Source: Luteibacter sp. (GTDB taxonomy: Bacteria > Pseudomonadota > Gammaproteobacteria > Xanthomonadales > Rhodanobacteraceae). Taken from it: DNA of 64,000 nt. Below the pieces are notes generated by a model. The model searched no databases and had not been told where the DNA came from. It worked only from the letters and a program-made list of their open reading frames with translations. Position numbers and translations under genes: made by a program. Within the stretch, counting starts at the first letter, position 1; every line of letters begins with the position of its first letter. This document shows positions 34,050 through 48,841 of the stretch, in pieces. Location: assembly GCF_036499525.1 (NCBI RefSeq), contig NZ_DASYDO010000069.1:56790-120789 (forward strand), given 5' to 3'.

Positions 34050-34104
34050 TTGCTGATGGAAACCCGCGTCGCGGGGCGCGCGGGGTGCGTCGGGTGTCGA
34101 CCGG

Positions 34105-36963
34105 TCAGAACCAGAGGCGGTCCTCGCCCGGCCCCGTCACGTTCTCCACGCAGCGGCCGCAGATCTGGGGATGTGCCGAGGCCACGCCGACATCCGTCCG
34201 ATGCTGCCAGCAACGGATGCATTTGACAGCCTCGCTGACCGCCGCGGACACGTAAACCTCTGCCCCATCGAGCTCCACGCGCTCCGCCTCGGCCGGGCGA
34301 CCCTCCAGCGGGGCGAGCGCAACATCCGACGTGATGAAGAAGAAACGCAGTTCGGAAGCGGACTCGGCCAGGGCCGATTGCGTGGCGAGATCGGCGTGGA
34401 TGGTGAGCGTGGCATCAAGCGACGCGCCGATCTGGCCGGCCTTGCGCATGCCCTCGAGCACGCGCGAAGCCGTCTCGCGGATGGCCAGCAAGGTCGCCCA
34501 CCAGCCGCGCGTGTCGCCGTCCTGGCGCACGTCGATGCCTTCGTAGAAGGTCTCGAACAGCACCGACTCATCGCGCGAGCCGGGCATGTGCGCCCAGGCC
34601 TCCTCAGCGGTGAAGCTGACGATCGGCGCGAGCCAGCGCAGCATCGACTCAAGGATCCGGTACATCGCGCTCTGCGCGCTGCGACGGCCGACGCTGTCTG
34701 TCGGCATCGTGTAGAGACGGTCCTTGGTGATGTCCAGATACAGCGCACCCAGTTCGTTGGTGCAGAAGTTCTGCACGCGCTGGACGATCTCGGGGAAATC
34801 GTAGCGCTCGTACGCGGCTACGATGGCTGCCTGGGTATCGGCTGCCTGCTGCACCGCCCAGTGGTCGAGTGGGAGGCAGGCGTCGGTGGCAAGCAGGTGC
34901 TTGTCCGGATCGAATCCGTCGAGGTTGCCGAGCAGGAAGCGCGTGGTGTTGCGGATGCGCCGATAGGTATCCGCCACGCGCTTCAGGATCTCGTCCGAGA
35001 GCGACATCTCGTTGCGGTAGTCGGTGGAGCAGATCCACAGGCGCAGGATGTCGGCGCCGAGAGTCTTCATGATGTCCTGCGGCTCGATGCCGTTGCCCAT
35101 CGACTTGGACATCTTGCGGCCCTGCGCGTCCACGGTGAAACCGTGGGTCAGCACATGGTCGTACGGCGCGCGACCGTGGATGGCCGCCGACGTCAGCAGC
35201 GAGGACTGGAACCAGCCGCGGTGCTGGTCGGAGCCCTCCAGGTACATCACCTTGTATTCGCGGGCGTCCCCCGCCCTCAGTTCGGGACGCGCACTCAGCA
35301 CGGCGAAGTGGCTTACGCCGGAGTCGAACCATACGTCGAGGACATCGGTCACTTTTTCGTACTTGTCCGCGTCGTCGCCGAGCAGTTCGCGCGCATCCAG
35401 CGTAAACCAGCTGTCGATGCCCTCGAGCGCGACTTTCTGCGCCACCTTTTCCATCAGCGGAACGGTGTCGGGATGCGGTTCGTGCGTGTCCTTGTCGATG
35501 AACAGCGTGATCGGCACGCCCCAGGTGCGCTGACGCGAGATGCACCAGTCCGGACGACCGTCGACCATGCCCGCGATGCGTTCCTCGCCCCAGCCCGGCA
35601 CCCAGCGCACGGACTTGATCGAGGTGAGCGCGGTGCGGCGCAGGTCGGCCTGCTCCATGCCGATGAACCATTGCGGCGTGGCACGGAAGATCACCGGCGT
35701 CTTGTGCCGCCAGCAATGTGGATAGCTGTGCGTGAGCTTCGCCGAAGCGAGCAGCACGCTGCGGTCGCGCAGCAGGTCAACGATCAGGTCGTTGGCCTTC
35801 CAGATGTGCATGCCGGCGAAGGACACGTCGCCCGCCAGCGGAAGGTCGGCACGGTAGACGCCGCGGCCATCGACGTAATTGAGCGTGCCGATGCCGTAGT
35901 GCTGGCCCGCGACGAAGTCTTCCGCGCCATGATCGGGCGACGTATGCACGGCACCGGTGCCATCCTCGTCGGACACGTGATCCGCCAGGATGATCGGTAC
36001 GCGCTTATCGTAGAACGGATGGTGCAACGGCTGGTTCTCGAGCACGACACCCTGCACGCGGCCGAGCACGTTCACCGTCTCCATGCCGTAGCGTGCGAGC
36101 GCCTTTTCCACCAGGGCCGAGGCGATCACCAGCAGCAGCGGCTTGCCGTTGCGCGAGGGACCTTCGACGAGCGCGTATTCAATTTCCCCGCCGAGCGAGA
36201 CGGCCTGGCTGGACGGCAGCGTCCATGGCGTGGTCGTCCAGATGGGCACGGCGATGTTAGCGTCGCCGGCGGCGATACCGAACAACGCACCGAAGGACAC
36301 CGGATCGACGGCGTCGTAAGCCACGTCGATGGCGGGCGAGGTCTTGTCGGCGTATTCGATCTCCGCCTCGGCGAGCGCCGAGCCGCAGTCGAAGCACCAG
36401 TACACCGGCTTGGCGCCGCGCACGACGTGGCCGTTGGCGACGATACGCGCCAGCGCGCGGATCATGTCCGCTTCATAAGTGAAGTCGAGCGTGCGGTACG
36501 GCTTTTCCCAGTCGCCGAGGACGCCCAGGCGTTTGAAGTCCACGCGCTGCAGGTCGATCTGCGCTATCGCGTATTCGCGGCATTTCTGCCGGAACGCGGC
36601 GGCATCGAGCTTGTCGCCCGCCTTGCCGAACTTCTTCTCGATCGCGATCTCGATGGGCAGGCCATGGCAGTCCCAGCCCGGCACATACGGCGCGCGGTAA
36701 CCAGCCATCAGCTTGGACTTCACCACCACGTCCTTGAGCACCTTGTTGACCGCATGGCCCAGGTGGATGGCGCCGTTCGCATACGGCGGGCCGTCGTGCA
36801 GCACGAAGACCCTGTCGCGCCCGGCGGTGCGCTCCTGGATCCGGGCGTAGCGGCCCACGCGTTCCCACGTCGCCAGCCAGCCCGGCTCGCGCTTTGGCAG
36901 GTCGCCGCGCATCGGGAACGCCGTCTGCGGCAGGTTGATGGTGTTCTTGTAATCCTGGGTCAT
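34105..36963 (-). CDS. ileS: Isoleucyl-tRNA synthetase (type 1)
   Basis: [31 protein letters not shown]-terminal CxxC...CxxC zinc finger. Confidence 0.97.
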   Translation of the reverse strand: MTQDYKNTINLPQTAFPMRGDLPKREPGWLATWERVGRYARIQERTAGRDRVFVLHDGPPYANGAIHLGHAVNKVLKDVVVKSKLMAGYRAPYVPGWDCHGLPIEIAIEKKFGKAGDKLDAAAFRQKCREYAIAQIDLQRVDFKRLGVLGDWEKPYRTLDFTYEADMIRALARIVANGHVVRGAKPVYWCFDCGSALAEAEIEYADKTSPAIDVAYDAVDPVSFGALFGIAAGDANIAVPIWTTTPWTLPSSQAVSLGGEIEYALVEGPSRNGKPLLLVIASALVEKALARYGMETVNVLGRVQGVVLENQPLHHPFYDKRVPIILADHVSDEDGTGAVHTSPDHGAEDFVAGQHYGIGTLNYVDGRGVYRADLPLAGDVSFAGMHIWKANDLIVDLLRDRSVLLASAKLTHSYPHCWRHKTPVIFRATPQWFIGMEQADLRRTALTSIKSVRWVPGWGEERIAGMVDGRPDWCISRQRTWGVPITLFIDKDTHEPHPDTVPLMEKVAQKVALEGIDSWFTLDARELLGDDADKYEKVTDVLDVWFDSGVSHFAVLSARPELRAGDAREYKVMYLEGSDQHRGWFQSSLLTSAAIHGRAPYDHVLTHGFTVDAQGRKMSKSMGNGIEPQDIMKTLGADILRLWICSTDYRNEMSLSDEILKRVADTYRRIRNTTRFLLGNLDGFDPDKHLLATDACLPLDHWAVQQAADTQAAIVAAYERYDFPEIVQRVQNFCTNELGALYLDITKDRLYTMPTDSVGRRSAQSAMYRILESMLRWLAPIVSFTAEEAWAHMPGSRDESVLFETFYEGIDVRQDGDTRGWWATLLAIRETASRVLEGMRKAGQIGASLDATLTIHADLATQSALAESASELRFFFITSDVALAPLEGRPAEAERVELDGAEVYVSAAVSEAVKCIRCWQHRTDVGVASAHPQICGRCVENVTGPGEDRLWF

Positions 36964-37940
36964 CGCTGGGAACCGTAAGCTTCTGGGACATCGACAAGTA
37001 TGGGGTTCATCCCAAGGGCCTGCCGGGCGGCGATCTCGTCCTGGCGCATCTGCGCGGTCAGGGCGTCCAGACCGTCGAATTTTTCTTCGTCACGCAGTTT
37101 CCGCACGAACTCCACGCCGATGCGCTGGCCGTAAAGGTCGCCGGAGAAATCGAACAAGTGGGCTTCGAGCAGCGGCTCGCGCACTTCGTTCACCGTCGGG
37201 CGAAAACCGAGGCTGGCCACGCCGGGCCAGCTGCACGGACCGTCGCCCACGCCGATGCGCACAGCGAAGATGCCGAGGATCGGGCTGACACGGTCGCCGA
37301 GGTGCACGTTGGCGGTGGGATAACCGAGGGTGCGGCCGAGTTGTTTGCCGCGCTCCACGTGGCCATCGATCACGAAAGGCCGGCCTAGCAGGCGCGTGGC
37401 CCCGGCGAAGTCGCCTTCGGCCAGCAACATGCGCACGCGGGATGAGGACACGCGTTCGCCATCGACGACCACCGGCGCCACCGCATGCGCAGTGAAGCCG
37501 AGTTCGGCGCCCATGGACTGCAGGAGGGCGAAATCGCCGCCACGGCGGTGGCCGAAGCGGAAATCCTCGCCCACCCAGACCTCGCGAGCGGACATCCGTC
37601 CGACGATGACCTTGCGCACGAAGTCTTCCGCGGACATTTCGGTAAGCGCGCGGTCGAAACGCAGCGACAGCAATTCGCGGATACCGGCGGCGGTCATGCC
37701 CTCGGCCTTCTCGCGCACGCCGGAAAGACGCGGCACCGGCTCCTTCGAAAAGAAGGCGCGCGGCAGAGGATCGAAGGTGATCACGGCCGGAAGCAGTCCC
37801 GCGGCTTCGGCACGCCGACGCACCTCGAAGAGGATGGCCTGGTGGCCCAGGTGCAGCCCATCGAAAGCGCCGATCGCCACAATGCTGCCATCGGGCGCGA
37901 GGCACGGCCCGTCGACGTCGCGATGGAGTCGCAGCGTCAT
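36960..37940 (-). CDS. ribF: Bifunctional riboflavin kinase/FAD synthetase
   Basis: [38 protein letters not shown]. Confidence 0.95.
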   Translation of the reverse strand: MTLRLHRDVDGPCLAPDGSIVAIGAFDGLHLGHQAILFEVRRRAEAAGLLPAVITFDPLPRAFFSKEPVPRLSGVREKAEGMTAAGIRELLSLRFDRALTEMSAEDFVRKVIVGRMSAREVWVGEDFRFGHRRGGDFALLQSMGAELGFTAHAVAPVVVDGERVSSSRVRMLLAEGDFAGATRLLGRPFVIDGHVERGKQLGRTLGYPTANVHLGDRVSPILGIFAVRIGVGDGPCSWPGVASLGFRPTVNEVREPLLEAHLFDFSGDLYGQRIGVEFVRKLRDEEKFDGLDALTAQMRQDEIAARQALGMNPILVDVPEAYGSQR

Positions 37941-37981
37941 GCCGGGGGGCCCTGGAATCGATGCGGAATGAAAGCCATCGG

Positions 37982-38016
37982 GCCAGTATAGCGGCCCGCA
38001 GGGCCGCTGTACTGGC
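37982..38016. other. GC-rich hairpin between murJ and ribF
   Basis: gccagtatagcggccc-gca-gggccgctgtactggc near-perfect inverted repeat next to a REP. Confidence 0.55.
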
Positions 38017-38119
38017 GTAGGAGCGGACCTGTCCGCGACAGCTGTTGAGGACGTGCCTTGGAGAGCACGCGTGAGTCAGGACCGAGGCGAAGAGCTGTCG
38101 CGGACAAGTCCGCTCCTAC
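38017..38119. repeat. REP doublet, variant family (GTAGGAGCGGAC..GTCCGCGA)
   Basis: gtaggagcggacctgtccgcgaca ... tgtcgcggacaagtccgctcctac. Confidence 0.88.
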
Positions 38120-39723
38120 ACCGCGCGCAGTTCGCGCAGGCGGAACCCAAGGGCGAAGAGCGTGGCGACGTAGGCGCCGCCGCCCGCACCGACCAGCACC
38201 GCCAGGCGCCATACCCGTTCCCACTTCTCGACGCCGCTCCAGTCTGGCCAGATGTACAGGCCGGCCAGGAGGACCACCACCATCACCGCACACGACACCC
38301 CGAGGCGGACCAGATGACGCCCCCACCCTGGCTGGCGCGTGTATACGCCGGCCTTGCCGAGCCAGCGCCAGAGCAGGATCAGGTTGAGATAGCTGGCCAC
38401 CGCGCTCGCCATGCCCAGGGCCATGTGCAGGCCCGGGATCGTGGCGATCGCCTCCATCCACGAACCCGCTTTCTGTTCGGGACTTGCCCACAGGAAGAAC
38501 AGGAGGGCAAGGAAGGCCATGTTGAAAACCATGTTCGCCACCAGCGACGCCACGCCGGCCCGCACGGGGGTCTTCGTGTCCTTGCGCGAGTAGAAGGCCG
38601 GCAGCACCACTTTGACCAGGGCGAAGGCCGGCAGACCGAAGCTCAGGGCTGAAATGGACAGCGACGCCATCTTCGTGTCGAAAGCGGTAAACCGGCCATG
38701 CTGGAAGATCGTCGCCACGAGGGGCACGGACAGGATCATCAACGCGAACATCGCAGGCACGGCGATCAGCAGCGTCGTGCGCAAGCCCCAGTCGAGCGCG
38801 CGCGAGAAGCCTTCCTTGTCCGTCGCCACATGGTGGCGCGACAGCGAAGGCAGGATCACCGTGCCGAGGGCCACGCCGAACACACCCAGCGGCAGCTCGA
38901 GGAAGCGATCGGCCTGCGACAGCCAGCTCTGCGAGCCGGCGATCAGCAGCGAGGCGATCACCGTGTCCAGCAACAGGTTGATCTGGGCCACCGAGGAGCC
39001 GAACAGGGTTGGCACCATCAGCGTCATGATCCGGCGCACGTCCGGCGAACTCCAGCCCCACCGGGGCAGCGCCAGCAGGTCCAGTCCGCGCAACGCCGGC
39101 AGCTGGAAGGCCAGCTGCAGCATGCCTGCGAGCAGAATCGCCCAGCCCATCGCCATGATCGGCGTCTGCAGCCGCGGCGCCAGCCACAGCGCGCCGGCGA
39201 TCATGCACAGGTTGAGGATCACCGGCGTGAGCGCTGGCAGGCCGAAGCGATGGAAGCTGTTGAGCGCCCCGCCGCATAACGCGGTAAGCGAAACGAACAG
39301 CAGGAACGGAAAGGTCAGGCGCAACAGGTTGACCGTGAGTCCGAACTTCTCGGGTGTCTCGATGGCGCCCGGGGAGAACAGCGCGGTGACCTGTGGCGCG
39401 AAGATCACGCCGAGCGCGACCACCACCAGCAGCACCCCACCCAGCGTGCCCGCGGTGAGCGACATGAGCCGCTTCAGGTCCTCGTGGGGCCGGGTTTCTT
39501 TCACTTCGGTGAAGACGGGCACGAAGGCCGTCGAGAAGGAACCTTCGGCGAACAGCCGGCGCATGAAGTTGGGGATGCGGAAGGCAACCCAGAACGCGTC
39601 GGTGGCCGCATTGGCGCCGAACGAAGCATTGATCGCCATGTCCCGCACCAGCCCGAGCACGCGCGACACCATGGTCATGCCGCTGAAGCTGAGCATGCCG
39701 CGAAGGAGGCTGGGGGTTTTCAT
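38116..39723 (-). CDS. murJ: Lipid II flippase MurJ
   Basis: TMVSRVLGLVRD, AFRIPNFMRRLFAEG, ADRFLELPLG, PAFYSRKDTKTPV; start set at MKTPS. Confidence 0.95.
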   Translation of the reverse strand: MKTPSLLRGMLSFSGMTMVSRVLGLVRDMAINASFGANAATDAFWVAFRIPNFMRRLFAEGSFSTAFVPVFTEVKETRPHEDLKRLMSLTAGTLGGVLLVVVALGVIFAPQVTALFSPGAIETPEKFGLTVNLLRLTFPFLLFVSLTALCGGALNSFHRFGLPALTPVILNLCMIAGALWLAPRLQTPIMAMGWAILLAGMLQLAFQLPALRGLDLLALPRWGWSSPDVRRIMTLMVPTLFGSSVAQINLLLDTVIASLLIAGSQSWLSQADRFLELPLGVFGVALGTVILPSLSRHHVATDKEGFSRALDWGLRTTLLIAVPAMFALMILSVPLVATIFQHGRFTAFDTKMASLSISALSFGLPAFALVKVVLPAFYSRKDTKTPVRAGVASLVANMVFNMAFLALLFFLWASPEQKAGSWMEAIATIPGLHMALGMASAVASYLNLILLWRWLGKAGVYTRQPGWGRHLVRLGVSCAVMVVVLLAGLYIWPDWSGVEKWERVWRLAVLVGAGGGAYVATLFALGFRLRELRAV

Positions 39724-39883
39724 CCGGTCGAAGGCTACCTTGGGGCGATCGGAGCGGCCCTGGGGGCCGCCACAAACCCCTAGTTTGACAGCGCGGCCCG
39801 GGCGGAGGACAGTCCGTCCGCTGGAAATCTGCAGGCGATGTCGCCCTACCCGCCCCGGACCCGCTCGCGCGGGGCCTAAGCTA

Positions 39884-39912
39884 TTGACGCGGCCCGCCTT
39901 TGGTTCCAAAAT
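39884..39912 (+). promoter_or_regulatory. Candidate sigma70 promoter of rpsT
   Basis: TTGACG-17 bp-CAAAAT. Confidence 0.6.
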
Positions 39913-39953
39913 GGGCGTCTTTTTTAAAACCAACCGAACTCTGGAGCTTTACC

Positions 39954-40217
39954 TTGGCCAACATCAAGTCCGCGAAGAAGCGTGCGCGTCAGTCGGAGCA
40001 GCGCCGTCTGCGCAACGTCAGCGCGCGTTCCATGGTGCGTTCCGCACTGAAGAAGGTCGTCAAGGCGATCGACGCCAAGGATAAGGCCGGTGCCGTCAGC
40101 GCCTATGCCGTCGCCGTGCCGGTCATGGACCGTTACGCCGCCCGTGGCCTGATCCACAAGAACAAGGCCGCCCGTCACAAGAGCCGCCTGAACGCGAAGA
40201 TCCGCGACCTGGCGTAA
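39954..40217 (+). CDS. rpsT: 30S ribosomal protein S20
   Basis: TTG start, [12 protein letters not shown]...[13 protein letters not shown]. Confidence 0.97.
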   Translation: MANIKSAKKRARQSEQRRLRNVSARSMVRSALKKVVKAIDAKDKAGAVSAYAVAVPVMDRYAARGLIHKNKAARHKSRLNAKIRDLA

Positions 40218-40238
40218 GCCTGCGCGACATCGCTTCAC

Positions 40239-40266
40239 AAAAAAGCCGGCTGACGCCGGCTTTTTT
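40239..40266. terminator. rpsT terminator
   Basis: aaaaaagccggc-tgac-gccggctttttt. Confidence 0.85.
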
Positions 40267-40277
40267 GTTGCCTTGAT

Positions 40278-41515
<1,238 letters not shown>

Positions 41516-41534
41516 TTATCGCGTCGGGTGAGGC

Positions 41535-41792
41535 TTATGCCTGGACGACGTCGACGAACTTGCGGCCCTTGTCGCCGCGGGTCTTGAACGACACGGTGCC
41601 GTCGACCAGCGCGAACAGGGTGTGGTCGCGGCCGAGGCCGACGCCCACGCCGGCGTGGAACTTGGTGCCACGCTGACGAACGATGATGTTACCGGCTTCG
41701 ACAGCCTGGCCACCGTAGATCTTCACGCCGAGATACTTCGGGTTCGAATCGCGGCCGTTACGGCTGGAACCTACGCCTTTTTTATGTGCCAT
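41535..41792 (-). CDS. rpmA: 50S ribosomal protein L27
   Basis: [16 protein letters not shown]...RQRGTKFH. Confidence 0.98.
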   Translation of the reverse strand: MAHKKGVGSSRNGRDSNPKYLGVKIYGGQAVEAGNIIVRQRGTKFHAGVGVGLGRDHTLFALVDGTVSFKTRGDKGRKFVDVVQA

Positions 41793-41812
41793 GACTTATA
41801 TCCTCCGGCGAC

Positions 41813-42127
41813 TCAGGCGTTGATGCCCGTGATCTCGATTTCGGTGTAGTGCTGACGGTGTCCCTGCGTACGCTTGTAGTGCTTGCGACGACGGAACTTG
41901 ACGATGCGGATCTTATCGGCGCGGCCGTGGGCGCGAACCTTCGCGCTGACGGTGGCACCGGCGACCAGGGGGGCGCCGACGGTGATCGACTCACCTTCGC
42001 CGACGAGGAGGACCTGGTCGAACTGGATGGTGGCATCGACTTCGGCGTTGAGCAGCTCGACGCGCAGGACTTCGCCTGCCATCACGCGATACTGCTTGCC
42101 ACCGGTCTTGATGACTGCGTAGCTCAT
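41813..42127 (-). CDS. rplU: 50S ribosomal protein L21
   Basis: [13 protein letters not shown]...[13 protein letters not shown]. Confidence 0.98.
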   Translation of the reverse strand: MSYAVIKTGGKQYRVMAGEVLRVELLNAEVDATIQFDQVLLVGEGESITVGAPLVAGATVSAKVRAHGRADKIRIVKFRRRKHYKRTQGHRQHYTEIEITGINA

Positions 42128-42189
42128 GGTTAATTCCTGTTGCTGTTTATGTAGTTCTTTTTTGGTGTTGCGGGTGTTGCGAATCGCGA

Positions 42190-42219
42190 ATTATAGCGGG
42201 CCGCAAAAGGCAAGGTCAA
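42190..42219 (-). promoter_or_regulatory. Sigma70 promoter of rplU-rpmA
   Basis: Minus strand TTGACC-18 bp-TATAAT. Confidence 0.7.
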
Positions 42220-42384
42220 TCAGGCGGTTATAGGCGGCCACAGGCCCTGCGCCCGGCCCCGCGAACCCCACTCGCCCTTAACTATCAATCACTTGACCCA
42301 CCCAACCTTCAGGTAGAGGCACGCTCGCGCCGCCGCAGGTTCGGACGGCGAGGCGCAGAGCTTCACGTTCGGGCGGCGAGGCGC

Positions 42385-42527
42385 AGAGCCTTCGGTGTCC
42401 ACCCTCGCTGCTCAGACAGGTCCTCCGCGTTCGATAAGGAAGGCCGCTACCGCGGCCCTTGTATCTGTATGGCCTACGGCCGCTCTCTTGTGCGGAACTC
42501 GCCTCGAGGGTGGACACCGAAGGCTCT
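42385..42527. repeat. 143-bp structured element, copy A, with perfect 23-bp terminal inverted repeats
   Basis: agagccttcggtgtccaccctcg / cgagggtggacaccgaaggctct flanking a 97-bp core. Confidence 0.9.
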
Positions 42528-42741
42528 CCCGATCCCTGAGGCTGACTGCTCGGAGAGCCGCCACCGTGCTAGCCGGGTTGTGGAGCCCCACCCTGCGGAT
42601 TGATACCCGCGTCGGGTACGACCCGTCCGGGCGGAGCCTTGTGCGGCACACGGCGCACCCGCTTAGGTCGAGCAAAAGCCCGTGCCGGCGACAACATTGC
42701 ACGCCAACGGCTCGCCCACCATGCAACCGTATCGCCCGGAA

Positions 42742-42882
42742 GAGAGCTTGGGGCCCACCCTCGAGGCGAGTTCCGCACAAGAGAGCGGCCGTAGGCCATA
42801 TAAGTACATGGGCCGCGGTAGCGGCCTTCCTTATCGAACGCGGAGGACCTGTCTGAGCAGCGAGGGTGGGCCCCAAGCTCTC
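42742..42882. repeat. 141-bp structured element, copy B (inverted relative to A), with perfect 22-bp terminal inverted repeats
   Basis: gagagcttggggcccaccctcg / cgagggtgggccccaagctctc; core is the reverse complement of the A core with 4 mismatches. Confidence 0.9.
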
Positions 42883-43019
42883 CCCGCGAAACGCTCACGT
42901 GTAAAGCGCGATGGCGAACGCCGAGCCTCCGCCCCGAAGCCGAAGGCGAGCCTGATCGCGCGAGACGACACGACCGCCCGCCTGAAGACCGTCCTCGTCC
43001 CCGGTAATGCGTGAAGAAT

Positions 43020-43520
43020 CTATTTCTTCGGGGCGGGCGCGGGCTTGGCCGCGCCGGTAGCGGGGCACTGGCCCTGCGGGTTCAGGGTGCCCTGGCTCTG
43101 CAGCTGGGAGATCATCTGCTTGCCGCGCTCCTGGCCCCACTGCCTGCCGATCTGCATGCCCTCGGCCATGGTGGCCGGCATCTGCGTGATCACCTTCTGG
43201 CCCAGGGGCGAGCGGTAGAACTTGAGCAGGCCGTCGATGTCCTCGGACGTGAAGTGCTTCTGGTAGACCGGAACCATGCGGCCGATCAGCTGGTTGGTGG
43301 CGTTGGCGTCCACGAAACCCTGCCAATAGCTGGCCGGTACGCAGGGCAGCGCGCTTTGCATCACACCCGCCATCTGGCTGTTCATCTGGCTGAGCATGCG
43401 CCCCATGCCGACGGCGTCCATCAGCTGGCGTACCTGCTGCTCGGACGGCACCGCCGCCAGGGCCTGCCCCGCACAACCCGCCAGCACGAGGCCGGCGGCA
43501 ATCCCTGTCCACTTACGCAT
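43020..43520 (-). CDS. DUF2059-family exported protein
   Basis: Signal peptide; VYQKHFTSEDIDGLLKFYRSPLGQK motif; start set at MRKWT. Confidence 0.8.
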   Translation of the reverse strand: MRKWTGIAAGLVLAGCAGQALAAVPSEQQVRQLMDAVGMGRMLSQMNSQMAGVMQSALPCVPASYWQGFVDANATNQLIGRMVPVYQKHFTSEDIDGLLKFYRSPLGQKVITQMPATMAEGMQIGRQWGQERGKQMISQLQSQGTLNPQGQCPATGAAKPAPAPKK

Positions 43521-43721
43521 GCGTGTCTTCCTCTTCGGATGATTGGCTGTGATCCCCCCAGGGGGCCGCGTCATGGTAGCCCCGCCGGGGCCTTGTGGCT
43601 AACCGGCGCGGGACGTCTGCCTGTCCCTCATAACAAATGTGATGAATCGTCAAAAGTCCATGCGGGATGAAGGCCGAAGACCCTTGGTATAGTCGTCGAC
43701 TTCCCCCATTAACGTCGGCAC

Positions 43722-46633
<2,912 letters not shown>

Positions 46634-46637
<4 letters not shown>

Positions 46638-47074
46638 GCACCGAAGCCTCGCTTGACCCGTCGCCCATCCCGCTATTCATCACGCCGATGGACGTGCGCT
46701 GGCAGGACCTCGACGCGTACAACCACGTGAACAACGCCAACTACCTCGTCTACCTGCAGGAAGCGCGGTTGCAGTGGCTGAAGGACGTTCCGGGCGAGTG
46801 GTACAGCCCCGAGGCGGCGCCGGTCATGGCGCACAGCGAGTTGAACTACAGGCTGCCCATCGAGTGGCCGGCGGACATCCAGATCGAACTGTTCGTCAAC
46901 CGTATCGGCAACAGTTCGATGACCATCGGTCATCGCATCCTCGACAGCAACGATCCGACGCGCGTCCACTGCGACGGCAGCATCACCATGGTGTGGATCG
47001 ACACCCGCAGCGGCCGCCCGGTGCCGCTGCCGCAGGCGATCCGCGACGCGGCTGCGGAAGCGGAAAGGGCTTGA
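46634..47074 (+). CDS. Acyl-CoA thioesterase (4HBT/YbgC hot-dog family)
   Basis: [25 protein letters not shown] motif. Confidence 0.88.
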
Positions 47075-47099
47075 GGCCTTCGAACGCGCCCGGGGCTTT

Positions 47100-47207
47100 G
47101 TAGGAGCGCGCCCTGCGCGCGACATGTTTTCGCCCCGGTCCCGGAGTTCACGCGCCAGCTCCGAGGTCACGGCCTCAGAACATGTCGCGCGCAGGGCGCG
47201 CTCCTGC
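47100..47207. repeat. REP doublet (REPIN)
   Basis: gtaggagcgcgccctgcgcgcgaca ... tgtcgcgcgcagggcgcgctcctgc. Confidence 0.9.
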
Positions 47208-47298
47208 AAAAGGCGACGCAGGCCGCACGCTTTCGCAAAAGATCGCGAACGTTCAGTCCTCCCCGGTATGATCCGCCAGGGTCACCACGGAGAGCATC

Positions 47299-48756
47299 AT
47301 GCTGCAACGTTCCCTCGTCCTTGCGATCGCCTGTGCCGTCGCCCTTCCCGCTTTCGCCGCCGATGAGCGCACCGCGCTCACGCTTTATCGCGCCGACGGC
47401 GACCAGCTGTTCTCCACCGGTGGCGACGCCGTCTCTGGCGATGGCTACGCGGTCGTCCACGAACGCCGCGCCTTCGACCTGAAGGGCGGCACGCAGGACC
47501 TGGCGATCGACGGCCTGCCCGCCGCGCTCGACAGCGAGGCCCTTTCCCTGCGCTTTCCCGGCAAGGAAACCCGCGTGGTCTCACAGCGCCTGCTGCTCGG
47601 CCAGGGATTCGACGGCGCCGTGGCCGGGCTCGTGGGCCGTAACGTCAGCGTGATCGGCGAGAGCGGCCAGCCCATCGCCAGCGGCACGCTGGTCCGCGGT
47701 GGCGACGCCCTCGTCGTGCGGGAAGCGAACGGCCAGGCGACCCTCGTGCGCCAGTACGCCGCGCTGCGCGCCGCGGACAGCACCGATTTCGCCCGCGGAT
47801 CGACCCTGCAGGTACGTGTCACCGGCAGCGGCGCGGGCCATGCGAACGCCCAGCTGGACTATCCCACCTCCGGCCTCGGCTGGCGCGGTGCCTATGTCGC
47901 CACCCTCCAGCCCGGCAATGCCTGCCGCATGAGCTTCGATGCCGCCGCGAGCATCGCCAACCGCAGTGGCCGCGACTGGGAGGACGTAACGCTGAAGCTC
48001 GTCGCCGGGGAGGCGCGCCGGGCCAAGATGCCGCCGCAGCCAAAGATGTTCGATCGCGGCATGGTGGCGATGGCCAAGGCCGCGCCGCCGATGCCGGCCC
48101 AGGCCACGCTTGGCGATCTGCGCACCTATACCCTCCCCGCCGCCGTGGACCTGCCGGATGGCAGCGTCACGCAGACGCCTCTGTACGACCGCCGCACCCT
48201 CGACTGCGAACGCGAGGCAGTGTACGACTCGCAGACCGGGGGCTGGTTTCCGCCGCGTCCGAATCTGGAACGGCAGACGATTCCTCCCGCCAATGGCGTG
48301 CCCATCATTTCCAACCTGCGCTTCAAGGCTTTCGACAGCCTGCCCGCTGGCTACGTGCGCGTGCTGGCCACCGATCGTGACGGCAATGCCGAACTGCTTG
48401 GCGAGGGTCGCATCGACGACACGCCAAAGGGTCAGGAGAGCACCGTTTCGCTCGGCAACGCGTTCGATCTCACGGCCACGCGCGAGCAGACGGCCTTCAC
48501 CGCGGATGCGAATGCGCACCGTATCGAGGAAGGCTTCCGCATCATGCTTTCCAATGCGGGCGACACGGCCCGCACGATCACCGTGCACGAGCACCCGAAC
48601 CGCTGGAGGGCGTGGAGGGTGACGTCGTCTTCCACCAGGCCGACCAAGGTGTCGCCCGAACTGCTGGAGTTCAAGGTACAGGTGCCGGCCAATGGAAATG
48701 TCACGCTGGACTACGCGGTGCAATACACCTGGGTGGATGCGGATATCCCGCGATAA
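47299..48756 (+). CDS. DUF4139-domain exported protein
   Basis: Signal peptide; YAVVHERR, LDYPTSGLGW, TLKLVAGE, YTLPAAVDL pattern. Confidence 0.75.
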   Translation: MLQRSLVLAIACAVALPAFAADERTALTLYRADGDQLFSTGGDAVSGDGYAVVHERRAFDLKGGTQDLAIDGLPAALDSEALSLRFPGKETRVVSQRLLLGQGFDGAVAGLVGRNVSVIGESGQPIASGTLVRGGDALVVREANGQATLVRQYAALRAADSTDFARGSTLQVRVTGSGAGHANAQLDYPTSGLGWRGAYVATLQPGNACRMSFDAAASIANRSGRDWEDVTLKLVAGEARRAKMPPQPKMFDRGMVAMAKAAPPMPAQATLGDLRTYTLPAAVDLPDGSVTQTPLYDRRTLDCEREAVYDSQTGGWFPPRPNLERQTIPPANGVPIISNLRFKAFDSLPAGYVRVLATDRDGNAELLGEGRIDDTPKGQESTVSLGNAFDLTATREQTAFTADANAHRIEEGFRIMLSNAGDTARTITVHEHPNRWRAWRVTSSSTRPTKVSPELLEFKVQVPANGNVTLDYAVQYTWVDADIPR

Positions 48757-48841
48757 CTGCGGCAAGCCCATCGCCGGCAGGGTCGGCTCCCACCGAGCTT
48801 TATCCGACCACATCAGACTCATCATTCCGGGGACAAGCACC

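Noticed and set aside
42278-43014. Short ORFs over the inverted elements (e.g. 42395-42856, 42412-42876) as real proteins
   Set aside because: They mirror each other on both strands because of the inverted repeat, and have no ribosome-binding site or protein-like motifs.
43621-43636. LexA box upstream of uvrA (ctgtccctcataacaa)
   Set aside because: One mismatch to CTGT-N8-ACAG, and the LexA specificity of this lineage is uncertain; too weak to call.
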